Source: Raillietiella orientalis
Taxonomy: Eukaryota
Direction of reading: 5' to 3'
Assembly (NCBI GenBank): GCA_036172245.1
Contig: JAYWIR010000025.1
Location: forward strand, 310,001 to 374,000
DNA length: 64,000 nt
Shown piece by piece: positions 1 through 12,299 of this stretch. The translations under genes and the position numbers were made by a program. Below the pieces are notes generated by a model, which was given only the letters and a program-made list of their open reading frames with translations, was not told the origin of the DNA and ran no database searches. The stretch's first letter is position 1. Each line of letters opens with the position of its first letter.

Positions 1-99
1 CTCTTCCTCGCCTTCTTTCCACGAACAGCTTCCCCGCTCTTCGGCGAATCTTCCCACCTTCGACCCGAAAGGAATGGCTAACCGCACTTTCACTCATCG

Positions 100-1260
100 C
101 CTCTGACCCACACTTAAATCCCCCTCCCTCAGCAGATCTCCCCATCATCTTTCTCAATCAGCATCCTCGCACCAGCACTCGTCCTCGTCGCCCTTCTACA
201 CACGATTCCCGGCTTCAAGCAACCTTCCATCCCTTCCCCAGAATCACGGGGGTCGCCCCCAAAACTGCAGCATGAGTCAGAGACTCGAACATCCCCTGCT
301 ACCCCTATGCACCTATGAAGATCCTCCTGAGCATTCCACGGACAAAGGGATTCCCATCTCCACAAGCTTCTCGCTCCAGATATGCTTTCAGACGCATCAT
401 CTTCAGATGAACTTGCGGCAGGGCAGCGGCTGACTCCCGCGTTGAATACGCGCCAACACCGCTTCCCACCTTGCCCTAGCAACGCGTTTCTGCGTCTTCC
501 GCGAGACACTTTGTTGGCCTGAGAGTCGGTATGACCCCTCCCAACTCTGTCTCCTGGCGACATCACGCGCCCAGGATTCGCGGTTTGACTCGAGGGCGAA
601 ACACAGCAAGCCGCTGTGCGGTGGTTTCCAGAGGATGTTGCCGTCGAAAGCCTTCGTGGGCTTCCTCATCTTCCGTCTCTTCCCCGTGAGGGGGCTCTGT
701 CCCCTTCCCCAGATTGATCATTTCCACCCCCTTCTCCTGCCCCGTCTCCCCAAGATAGGGGTCGTCTCTTACCCTCCATACTGCTCCCTCTGGCTCCCGT
801 TGAAAGTCGGAGTCCTACCTGGAGGAAAGACTCCAGATTTCGACTGGGAAGGCATGGCAGACGCTTCCATATCCTCCCACGATGCTGGGGGACAGCCGTC
901 TGTCGGACCGCCACACCTTTAGGAAAGGCGAGAAGGCAGCCGGTCGACGGGCAACACCTCCGCACTCCCTTCCAGACGCAACGCGCCACGCGGATGATGG
1001 GGCGGAGGAACGAGAGGTAGGAAGGACGAGGGGCACTGAGCCCGCGCCAGATCAGCGAGAACAACAGCAGCTGCCCACCTGCTTCTTTCTTCCCTCGCTA
1101 GGAACGATATCGACGCCGGGAAGACGCAGCACATGACCACCTCTCCACCCCCTTTTACCACCCTCTCATTGTCCGTTTGGTCACCCCTACAGATATCTTC
1201 CACCGATGCCCAGCCGGATGAACGTCTGCGGCAAACCAACGAGAACAGCGTTACCCCTGG
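100..1260 (-). mobile_element. Degenerate L1/Tx1-like LINE ORF2 reverse-transcriptase remnant
   Basis: Minus-strand frames give RT-like motifs in order: AAVVLADLARA (cf. LxLDxxKAFD), AVRQ/GCPPAS across a frameshift near 880-915 (cf. GVRQGCPLSP), then RDD. Multiple stops and frameshifts. Confidence 0.5.
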
Positions 1261-3927
1261 CATCCTGTCGAGCGATCCATCCACTTTTTTTCAAAAAAGT
1301 TTCTCGAAAACTTCTCTCGACCTTCACCCCTCCTCCCCATCCACTTATTTTCGAAGTCTGGCTTGGGGACAGAGCTGCTGGGGCTGCGACGAACAGTCCC
1401 GTGTTCCTTCTGGGGGGCAGTGGTTACGTGGCGGAAAAGGGCCGGTTCTCCGGAGTGCCCTATTCCCGAGGGAAGATCTCGATGGGTCCCTGTGTAGATG
1501 CTCCCCTGCTGTCTCGGTCTTTGGGTCGGCGGCGACCGGATGGTGCAGGAAGACGCGGCACTGGTTGCAGCGCGCTCCCGCGGGAGGAAACGGACCAACC
1601 CCCGACGCGGCGGGCCGAGAGCCCATGCTTTGTTATCGGGAGGGCAATCCCCTCCATCACCGACGGTTTCTCCTGGTTCACCACCCACGAGCTCATTCGG
1701 AAGACCGTTCCCGGATGCGTTTCTGGTGCCAAGGAATGGCTTCCCGCCTGAAAAAAGGACGCGTACGATGGACAGCGCTTCCCGTTTCCGAAGACAGGAG
1801 TTTCCAAGGAGACCCTCAGAGTGCCGACCTCGTGAAATTCCTTCACAGAGTACCCCCCAGGAAAGTCCCTTGCCGAAGCACCAGCGGTTGCTCCCTTTGC
1901 CGAGAGTGGAACAGGGCGGTGTTCGCACGCGCCCACACCCAGACGGATGCTGCAAGAGGCTGAGACGACGCATCGGGAGGGGATACGAGCGATGCCGCCG
2001 CCGCGGTACGGAGGCTGCGGGGGTCAGAGACGGGACGGGGATGAGCGAGAAGGCGCAGCTTTCGTCCGCGGTGCGACGTTCGGATCGCACCGCGGACGAT
2101 TGCCTTCCACCGTCGCCACGAAAATCTCGGGATGTCCCCTCCGCTTGCTCCCTCAGGTTTCGTCGCCGCTCTTCGAGCTGCCTCTCTTCACTCGAGAGTC
2201 CTCTCCGCAGGAGTACCAGGAGCGCTTGGCGGCACCACCCCCTTCTCCCCCTCTTAGATCCTTCCATGAGTTCGCCTCAGCCCCGACGGCTCCAGAAGAG
2301 GAAAAGATCGCTGAAGCACCAGGAGCTCCGCGGAAGACAGATGGGAAGAAAACAACGGAGGAGGTGTTGCCGCCCTCCGCTGCAGCCAGCAGAGCACCTC
2401 GCCGCACTGCATCGCGTGCGCCCTTCCGATCTTCGGGACCCGGTCCACCTCTTGCTCCTCCGATCCATTTGGCGCGATGTCGGCATCCGCAGCTTTGGAC
2501 CCACGCGGATGCTGGCCAATTCCGCGCGGGAAAGGGAAGATGAAGCCTCCAAAGGACGGGGACGCAGGAAGACTAGTAGGCAGATCGACAAGGAAAACAG
2601 CGCTGCACCACTGTGTAGGCGCGACTCCTCGAAGGAGGACACGGTGGCATGCAGAGGGGCGGGATGAGGAAGAGGGGAAGCAAAGTGACGTGGACGGGAT
2701 GGGCGGGCAGACGGGGGAGGAGCGCCTCGTCACTTAAGGTCCAGCAGCGGAACCAACAGCAGCAGCGAAAGAGTTGCAGTCCTGAGAAAAAGCGCACGTG
2801 GAAGTTTCCTCCCTTGCCGGCAGGATAGCGCTGCCATCCCGCACTTTGTCGTCGAGTCCCGCACCTCCTAAAGTCGCGGGTGGAGCGAGGAGGAGGAAGC
2901 TGAGCGATGCCATCTTGAGGAACTGCGGGTGCGTGACCACGCCCAGAGGGTGGGTCGGGGAATCAACTCCCTTTCTGTCCATCGTAGGATTTTGCTGTAC
3001 CCCGAGACAAGTCACTTTCGTGACCCCTCTTCCTCCTCCCTCTGCCTCATCCTCCAAGCCTCACGCCTTCTCCTGGCACAATCGCCCCACACCGCGGAAG
3101 AAAAGCGCGCCCGCATGCGTCTCGGCTGGGCTGCCGAGGGTCCGACAGATCCTCTACAGCGGCTCTTCCCTCGGCTGAGACTTGGCAGCGCCGAACCACC
3201 CTGCTTCTACCACTCTGGACCTCCAAGACGCAGAGACCCTCTCCTGTCGTTCATCTCCCTCCCCGTACGGTATAAGGGCGACCCAGTCCACGGCTCGTCC
3301 GTCGCTTCAATCAAAGCTCATGCATGGATGCGGAATCTGAGAGAGAGAAGAGATCGGTCCCGTCGACCGTCTGCACGCAACGGTGGCGGGCGTAAGCCCG
3401 CCCTTGGAGCTGGCGTCCCTCAGACGGCGCCTCTTTCCGGAGCGGTTGGCCTGGCGCGCGGGAAAAAGTGCTCCGAGTGGTCTTAGGCTCCCTCAGGAGA
3501 GACGGGAGCGTCAGACGGGTAAACCGCCTCGTGCAGGTTCTTGCCCCCCCCCCCCCCCAGAGCGGTTTCTTCTCCGAGGTTTGGTCGCAAGGCAAGAAGG
3601 GGGGCGAACGCCCATCTTGCCCAATCCCACGAGTGCCAGCTCGAGAGCGTGGCACCGAAGGTAGGCAAAGGGTGACATCGAGACCTCAGGATGAGGCAGA
3701 CGGCGGAATGTGCAGCCGTGAAGTCCAATGCTTCGTCGAGCAGCGCGCGCTGTGTGCCTGGGACATAGAACGCGCTGCTGCCTTGCGACCCTTGGAACCC
3801 AGGAGCGAGAACACTGCAAGTGGCCTCCGGGACCTCTGACTGGGTTTTGAGAGGTCGCCACGGATTTTACGGTTCGTTTTGATTGCACCAGAATTATTTT
3901 TTTTCTTTTTTGTGGAGGTGTTCTGAT

Positions 3928-4030
3928 TAAGCAAAGAGCCACCGTGGGCCATCTATGTCCTCCAGGATAAGCAAAGAGCGATCTTGGACCATCTATGTCC
4001 TCAAGGAAATAGATGGTCCAAGATGGCTCT
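3928..4030. repeat. Two 40-bp direct repeats plus an inverted partial third copy forming a long hairpin
   Basis: Units 3928-3967 and 3968-4007 (taagcaaagagc...ccatctatgtcctc). atcttggaccatctat (3981-3996) is the perfect reverse complement of atagatggtccaagat (4009-4024). Confidence 0.9.
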
Positions 4031-6120
4031 TCTCAGAATAAGTCATTTGAAAAAAAAAAAAAAGAGGAGCAGGAGGAGGAAATGCAAGGCCGAAGCAGAT
4101 GTACGTTCTGAAAGCCACGACCAGCACGCAGAGAAACGGTTGCTACGGCCGCTTTTGAACGCCCTGTCCGAGCACCCACTCTCGGAAGAGTGCCGCCGGG
4201 AATCCCGAAGGTTGGTGGGCCGGGAGCGGGCACCCTGTAGAGTCGCGATCGGAAATGCAGCTGCGCAACTCGGGATAGACCCTTCCGTGATGGGAGGGGG
4301 GCAGGAAGAGGATTTCCTACCAGACATAGCATGGATTTTTCGCTCCCGAAGGAGAGCACGAGGCGGTGCCTATGAATATTCAAGCGGTCCCTAAAGCCGG
4401 AGTTATCGATAACCAGGCTCCTACGGGTCGCGGAGCGACCCGCGCGGGCCAAGAACGGCGCGTTTCCTCTGCGGGAGTTTTTTTTTTTTTTTTTTTTTCA
4501 ATTTTTTTCTGTCTTTTTGCACTGCCTGATTGTCGGAGTTTTCGTCGGTCAGGCTCTTCGAATCGAAACTCTGGAAAGCGGGGAGGTTCGTATCAAGATT
4601 CCAGGAACCTGTTTGAAGGGGAGGCCAGAAGGGGAGTTGGCCCGCTGCTTGCCATACTACCGTATAGCCGAAGGCGCGGCAAGCAGGCCGCTTCTACCAC
4701 CCAGAAGTCACCATCTCGATGCGCTTCCGGCAGCCTTGGACTGCGGCAGCCGCGGTCGGCGCGCGCGTGCCAAAAGCTCCGTGCTACCGACCACGTGAGG
4801 CCACGGGGAACTCAACCAGGGTCCCACCTCCCGGGGAAAGAACGCCGGGTGCTAGCGTCCGGAGAACTTCGAAAGTCCACCACCGGCGCGGAGCGACAGA
4901 AGCGGCTCCTCCTCAGAGCAGGGGTTGCAGCAAGGCGAGTCCCCTTCTCCCTCCTTCGTGGAAGCCGCACTTCTTGCTCGGAAGACGGGGCTGCGTACAC
5001 GGCAGCACAGGAACGCCGACCGGGAGAACGGAAAGGGTAGGGGAACGGGTCTCTCGGGATGGGTGCTTGGCAGTCGCTGGGTAACGCCCCAAAATTTGTT
5101 GCTGTCCACGGGAGCCCTGCATCTGTACATTCGGCGCACGACCGTGATATCTGCTCCAGTGGAAATACAGAGTGATCCCAAGGAAGTCCTGGTCCCCGAG
5201 TGCTTCCTGATCTTCGAGGACGATCAGAAGACCCGGGAGGCGCCCGCGGCGGTGGGAGAAGGGCGGAAGACGAATGGCAACTTCTCGCCAGGAAACACCT
5301 TCGGTGGAAGCGGAGCGGCGCCCCACGCCGGCGTGACACGGCAGGGGATCGGTCGGCTCCGGTCGTGCGGAGTGACCACACCGGAGCGACTGCCCCGTTA
5401 ACGCGGGGGCTGCGCAGGCTGCTGCGCCCACTGAGGTGGCTACAATCCTGCTTCCCTCCCCTCGATTGCGCCACTTCCCCGGCGGAGCCAAGTCGCCGCA
5501 CCCAGGAGTAGGAGGGAAAGGGATTTTTGTTCCGCTCGCTTCCAGGTCCGAGGAGTGCCTTGGAAGCCCCGGGGGATCTGGAAGGCTCATTGGCAGAAGG
5601 GGGAGCGAGTGGAAACCGCCGCCGCCCTTATCCACCTCTACCACCGGCAACAAGAAGTCTGCGCGCGAACACTGTTTCCCAGATTTCCCGAGCGCAAGGG
5701 TCTGTGTCCGGGGGCGGCCTCAGGATCCCCGCTCTCATCCCTCCGCATCGAGGGGCCGTTCCCACTGGGCCCGCCTAGAAGCTAAAGCACCTACCGTGAA
5801 CCACTGCCTGCCATGTGACCAGCTGCCATAGGAGCAGCAGCGTGGCTCTCATTTCCTGGGGAACGGCTGCTCTGCTCGGCTAGGACGTTCCATCGCGCAG
5901 TGCGGGTACGGCGTCGCTACGTTCGCATGCCATGGTCACCACGCTCGGCGGGTTCCCCCGAACTGAGGCGCTGCCTGAAGACAAAAGCAAATGCACTCCG
6001 CACTGTTCCGCTCGCAGCTTCGCACATGACATTAGCCCTCGCCGTTCTGCACTTGGGATCAAAGATGCATCTTCATTAGAAACGCAAAACAACGCCCCTA
6101 GTGGGCATTTTCGGAATTTC

Positions 6121-6203
6121 TCTTCCCTTCTTTCTTTTCTTCTTTTTTTTTGTTTTGTTTTGTTTTTTGTTTTTTGTTTTTTTTGCTTTTTCTTTTTCTT
6201 TGC
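6121..6203. repeat. T-rich low-complexity tract
   Basis: Runs of t interrupted by single g or c (ttttg-like units). Confidence 0.8.
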
Positions 6204-6540
6204 TTTCGGTTGCAATCTTTAGCGGATGAAAAAAAGCAGTCCGTACCCTCAACGAATTGTTCATTATGCCAGCCTTCCTGCTTCGCGTGAAACGGAGACG
6301 AAGCTTCAAAAGGAAATTTTTCGGCGCAGGAGAGCGCGCGCACCCCCGTTCCGGGAATGTCTTATTTCTTCTGTTTGATTTGCTAGTCCAACGGAAGAAT
6401 TTCATTTTGAACGCGCCCTCCCGATCGTTTAATGGAAATGCAGAGTCGGCTGCATCGACTTGGCCGCGCGCTCGAACGGTTTCGAAAGAGCGACGTTTGA
6501 ATAAACCGACTGTGGCACTTAGGGAGGGGGAGAGGGGGGG

Positions 6541-6546
<6 letters not shown>

Positions 6547-6575
<29 letters not shown>
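6547..6575. repeat. (CTG)9 microsatellite
   Basis: Perfect ctg tandem read directly. Confidence 0.95.
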
Positions 6576-6576
<1 letters not shown>

Positions 6577-7849
6577 GCAGGGGATCAATACGGATTGTTT
6601 CCTTCTCCTCTCCTCCGAAGCAACAGAAACTTCCCTGGCAGCGGCAACAGCCGCGGCTACCGGTTCAAAACTTCCTAGGGCCAACCGGGCGAGGGAGTTT
6701 GCAACAGGGTCGTCGCCCCGGTCTGTGCGACCGGGTAAGGTGAGCAGCCACCATCGCCACCACCCCGTCGAGCGCCAGCAGCGGACAGGAAATCTTCTTC
6801 CAGGGAGGCGCAGCGTGCTCTTCGGAGGACCCTCCAGTTCCGCACCTGCGCCCTCCGCCCCCTTCACGCAACAGCACCGCGGAGAAGGAGGAGAAGGGGG
6901 ATTCCTTCCGGGCGCTCGTAGCATTCCGAACGATGGCTGCCGCTTTGGAGAGGGAGGAGGGGGGGGGGAGGAAGTGACGATCCATTCCCGTGGCAATGAC
7001 GTGTCAAGAGGTACTCAGGCTTGAAAGAAGAACCCTTCCCAGCTCATCAGTCGTCAGTGTCTACCGGGAGGCGAAGGCGACGTCGCTCACGGAAAGCATC
7101 CACAGAATGCTCTTCTCCCTCTTCGCCCGTCGTGGGAACGCGGGACATCCCAGGTTCTTCCGCGCTTCCCACCCGGAGCTTCAGGAGTGTGCGCGCCCAG
7201 AGGGTTGGTCAGGCGCTCGCTGGCTCCCGCGCAGCGCGTGCCACTCGCGTTCCGCAAAAAGAGTGCTTTCAGCGGCGCACTCTTCGAGCAGCTCCTGAAA
7301 TGAGGAGGCGTCTCTTCATCCTGGGAATCGTCTTCGAAAATCCCATCCGGGACCTCGGCATGCGTGTGCGCTCTTGCCCTCCGCTGCAATTCTCCTCGCT
7401 TTGTCACTGGATCGATTGGTCTTCGACCTAACTTTCGCGTTTTCCACCCGTGAACGCTGTCCATTTAGTCAGGACGGAGGATTCACACGGCTTCCGGGTA
7501 ATCTGCCCTCGGCCACTCGACCCATCTCCGTGCTGGGGGTTTGTGTGCCAGACAGGCGTCGTCAAAGGCAATCGAGGAAGAACTGGAACAATGGCTGCCA
7601 TGATGCTCTCCTCGCGTTCCAGTGCGCGCGTGCGCGCGCTCGCAGACTCCCGTCCGTGCTTCCCTTCCTGATGATGCTCCAGTCGCCACATTTGCAATCA
7701 GTTTTCGAAGGATTCGATCGCCTCCGGTTCTAATTTTCATCCCCTCTTCGTCTGTTCTACTTTATATTCAGCGCGGCAAGGCCTAGGGTTCTTCTTATCA
7801 GATGTTTGTTCCAGCTCCTTTGTTTCTGCGTCTCTCATCTCTTCAGAAA

Positions 7850-8880
7850 TATGGAAATCTGTGACCAGATTCCAAACTACCGTCTCGTGTTTTGAAGCCT
7901 GTTAATTTTCTTTCTGTGCGTGCCTGCAAGGGAAGGAAAGACCTGCAGCATTCCTCCTCTTGTCGAAGAAATGAGTCGTGAAGACCAAAGTTAAGACGCT
8001 TAGGAGGACGAATCCTCCAGGAATTTGCTCCACGAGTCGCTGTTCTTTGCCTACCCCTTCTCATGGAGAGCACAAGTTTCCGGAAACTTCATCGTTCTTT
8101 CAAGATTGCTGTCCTTCAAGAGCTTCGCGGCAGTGCGCGACCACCACTGCAAAAGAAATTCCCGCTGGCAACGATGCGCGTGAAGCTGCCCATTTACTCC
8201 TACGAAGAAAGAGGCATTAGGGTGGCCTGATGCCCAAAGAAGTAGGCAACCGAAAACGGTGCGTTTACCAGCAACGAGGGTCGTTCGCTGTCAATTCCAA
8301 GGAACGAGCAGCAGCGACCGAATCGAGGAATCCCCGGATAGGGTCTGGACAGGGAGAAAAACGCCTCGCAAGTGAAAACCGACAAGCACAGAAGGCGAAG
8401 GCTACCTTGCCGCTAGGTACGGCAAAGTGTCATCCCATTGTGAGAATCTGGAGTCGAATCAAGATGAACAAAGAGAAATAAGAGTGCACTCCTTGCTAAG
8501 TGAGGACAACCGGTCACCTCTCTTCCAAAGACAGCATCTGCCATGATCGCTGGCTTTACCTGACTACCGGTCTTCTGCTTGTGACCGCAAACGTGGAAGT
8601 ATTCAATCAGCATTGGTCTGATGGTGAGGCTTGGAGTATTCTGAGATTGAAACTGATGAACTTTGTCAATCCCCTTGCCACAACCCAGTCTCCTAAGAGA
8701 CAGGCATCAGTTGCACGATGTCCGTGAATTTAGGCAGCAGGCAGTGAACCCTATAATGTCAGAGAGCGGCACAATGTCCGGATGTTGTTGTTTGGTTCAA
8801 ATGGGTCATGAGGGACAACCTCATTCAAATACATGGTTACGGGTTATAGCCAAATCTTCGATACAAACTGAGGGCTAGCT
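7850..8880 (+). pseudogene. RhoGEF (DH)-PH domain remnant
   Basis: ACKGRKDL/AFLLL (cf. C+GLDL.SFLI), LPLLME, TAKEI..NDAREA resemble the DH C-terminus; HDRWLYLTTGLLLVT resembles the start of the DH-associated PH domain. Frameshifted. Confidence 0.3.
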
Positions 8881-9559
8881 GGAGCTTAAAAGCTCGACGA
8901 AACCGCAACTTCTGGGAACATGGAGTTATTAAATGCTCGTTAAAAGTATTCTGTATTTTTTATTTAAACAAAAAAACACATCTCCTTTTGGGTCGTTGTT
9001 TCTTACCACAGGAACTCACCAGAAATGATACTGGATTTCATGCGAGGGGACTCGAGCGAGATGGAAAGATGCCGAGGGACATGAAGGCAGGGGAGACCCA
9101 GAAGGAATAATTCCATCATCGTTCCCGTGCCCATGCTGGTACAGCTCAAACAGATGCTCTCACGTCATCACCGCTGGAGATGAAAGTGTATTTTGCTCGC
9201 AGGAGTGCTCGCTCGAATGCGGGGGACTCCAGGAAGTAGTTCTCGCTCGAAAACGACGGCAAGCAAATGAGCAGTCAGCAGATGATTCTTTGGTCATCTT
9301 TCTCGAAGGAGTAACTGTGATGCGTTTCTGTCTGGATCCTGTGAGAATCTCAAAGTCTCCCATATGGGGAGTGCGCTGCCCATTTTTCATTTCATTTTTT
9401 TTTTTTTTTTTTGTATTTTTTCACAATGGAAAGTCGGGAGCAAACGTCTAAATGTTTTTTTTTTTTTCTCCTCTACGGAAAGCAAACAAATAAAAAAAGA
9501 GGAAGCAAAAAGGACTCAGAAACCTGAGAACCACAATTCGTGAGGTCATTATTGAGAAC

Positions 9560-11450
9560 AGAGTAAATAAAAGAAAAGATGAGAAAACAAAGCAGATTCC
9601 TCGCGCTTTTGATGAGCAGGTCACCACATCAATCTGTGGCGCACGCTGCAAGTGAAAGAAACAGTCCAAGCGACTTCCTTCAATACTTTCTGCACATAGC
9701 CTTTGGGAAAACTGCCCCCATAGAGCCTTCGACGAGTCCCCAAACAGCTTACTGCATAGGAAAGCTGCCTCAGAGCCACCGAATAAGCACTGCCCAGCTA
9801 GAAAAACAAGCAGTAAGAATGGCTTCTTTGGCGCCCATCGAATGTTTTAGAAACAAGGAACCCCAACACACGTGATGTCAACTCTTCAAATGTGTTTTCT
9901 GTGTCGAAAGAGTTCCTTTACTTCCAGGGAACTGTATGCAGGATCGTAGGTGGCACTGATGCTGTAAAGAGCAACTGTTAAAGGAGAGTCACCTTTCAAG
10001 GGATCAGAATTCGGAGTTTGATCGAGGCTGCGATCTTAAAAGTCAGATGAATAGACACTCGGATGTTTCTTAAAGTATCTCAGTCAAAATATCAGTATAA
10101 GTATCAGTCCTGAAATAGAAGACATCTTGTGAATAGGTCATCCTTTAGCCATCGTAACCAAGGAAACAAGAAACTGAACCTTTGACCGGCCAGATGTTAG
10201 TCGTAAACTGGTGCTTCTTGTCTTTTTCATGCTTCTAGGGAACTGTGGCTTCTCCCCAAAGCATCGAATTCTATTCAGAAGCTGCGAGCACAAGTCGACA
10301 TTGTCTTCAAGGATTGAGATTGTTTGCAGCTGAAAGAATCTTCGGGTGGAGTTCCCATGATCATCAATTTGAAATGAGAAGCAGAGGCCACTCCAAGGTC
10401 TTCACCAATCTCCCAGCAGTTTCTTCTTGACTCGTTGTTTTTTTCTTTCATTAGAAATTAAAAACACGCACACACACATATTTTTGTCAGTCATCACGCT
10501 GAGGTGATGCTGTGAAATGGACTGCTAGCGTTGGCACGGCGACCATAACCTCCAAGTTGTATTACGGAGGTCCCTAGAACGCTCTAAGGAAACTGAAACC
10601 AAGAAGAAGGATGCACGTAACTTCGAAGGAGCGCTCTGGAAAGTTATGCACACTCCTCAACACGATCCTGCAAAACCAGTTGCTTTTCTAGAAGGACCAG
10701 CAATTATTTGCTGCTGTTCACACAGGTGGCAGTTCTATTCCTGATGACACATAAGATCAGCCGGTCCTGTTTCAAAGATCCACTCTTGCGATGTACACCG
10801 AACTTCTCGAAATGAAAGATTCACGGACTTGATGGAATTCTCTGAAAGCCGGCGTCATCCTGAAGCAGCAAATGGAGATAATGTGCGAGGTTATTTTCGG
10901 AAATCATGTGGGCCTCACAGCTCCGGTAAGAAATCGCGAGACCCGAGGATAACTTGTTATCTTTACACTATTCTAAATCACTTCTTCAGTTGATACACGA
11001 GCTCACGGAATGGAACTTTCCAAACACCTGGCATCCGAATCCTGAGGGAGGATACCGATCTTGCGATCCAATAACAGACTATGTCACACACGCACCTGCA
11101 AAGTATGGCGATTTCCACGAGCGGCATCTGGACTGTCTGTGTGTTTCCTTCAGCCCAAGTCCGGAACTTTCCAGGTGCAGAAGCACGCTTTCCCGAGTTG
11201 AATGCGATGGCATCCAGTTTTAGTGCATCTTGATTAGCAGCGCCATGAATCAGCGGAAGCAGTACATCGCCCCCCCTCCTGATGAGAGGAGGTATCTGAT
11301 GAGAGGCCACTTCCTGACGAATCGTGCGCGAGGAGAGAAGGACAGTCTGAGCAGTCTCAATGCAGCCCGGCAGCAGCGTGAAGAATCCATTCTCATTTGT
11401 GCGGAGCAACTTTCTTTAAGTGTCCTCAGGGCTTGACAAGACAGCCAAGA
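9560..11450 (+). pseudogene. Ankyrin-repeat protein remnant
   Basis: Repeated ANK-like pieces in shifting frames: QSVAHAASERN..DFLQYFL, QLFAAVHTG, NHVGLTA, VTHAPAKYG..HLDCL. Confidence 0.4.
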
Positions 11451-12299
11451 ATTATGAGCGTTCTCTTTTTTTCTTTTTTTCCTCGCTGTCACAGCGGCTG
11501 ACCGTACTTGAGGATCGTTGAGCTATTGCCCTGCCCATTGTTTTTTCTTTCTTTCTTTTCTTTTTTTGAAACAGTCTCAGCGCCCTATATATGCATGTTT
11601 AAAAGGATGATCCCAAGACCAAACGATTCTCCGGGTTCATCTAGATAGATGTCACAAAGCGATGAAAATTCAAGCTGCAAATCCACGTCAATCGTAAGAG
11701 AGTGCTCGGAAGCATCACAGGGTCCATTCGATGCTCAGTAACCGAAACTGAAAGGGTGATGAGTTCATCTGTGCTCCTTACTTTGTGTACCCCGAGTGCC
11801 GTTCGTGTTACCTCGCCTTCTGCGCTCTAGTCCCTAGCCACTTTCACCCTCCCTGGTTATTGGAAGGGACAGTTGGATATTGGGATGAGCACTGGTGGAA
11901 GGAACTTTCTCCTGGAGGAGTGCTTTCATTCATATAGAGCTCAAGAAGGCTCGTGCGGTGCAGAGACTCCATCAGAAATTGATACTTGAGCATCATGGCC
12001 ACCAGGCATTGGCATTTTTTAGGTCTTTGCTTGAACGACCATCGGAAGGAACTTATAGAGCTACTTTTGAAAACCTCGGGTCTTCCTATGCAGAGGACGT
12101 TTTCAAAACTCTGCATCTCCGCTATCTGTTTTCAAGGAGATCAGTCGGAAAGGGAGGAGCATGGTTTTTCCACGCTTTGAGGCCACTTCGCTTCAACCTG
12201 AGGACTTTCCCAGCCACGGACTTTCACGGGATCGTAAGTGCAAGGTTTCAGGAGGATGTTCCACACTTCACAAAACGCGAGATTAATGACGTGAATATT

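Noticed and set aside
1133..2667. Long overlapping ORFs of 276-389 aa, and similar ones at 29957-31240, 47935-49324 and 54467-55582
   Set aside because: Arg/Pro/Ser/Gly-rich, open on both strands and without recognisable domains; expected in GC-rich DNA.
5080..5240. C2-like LIVLEDQEALGDQDFLG (minus) or glycosyltransferase-like FLIFEDD (plus)
   Set aside because: Two incompatible readings of the same bases, with no supporting flanking motifs.
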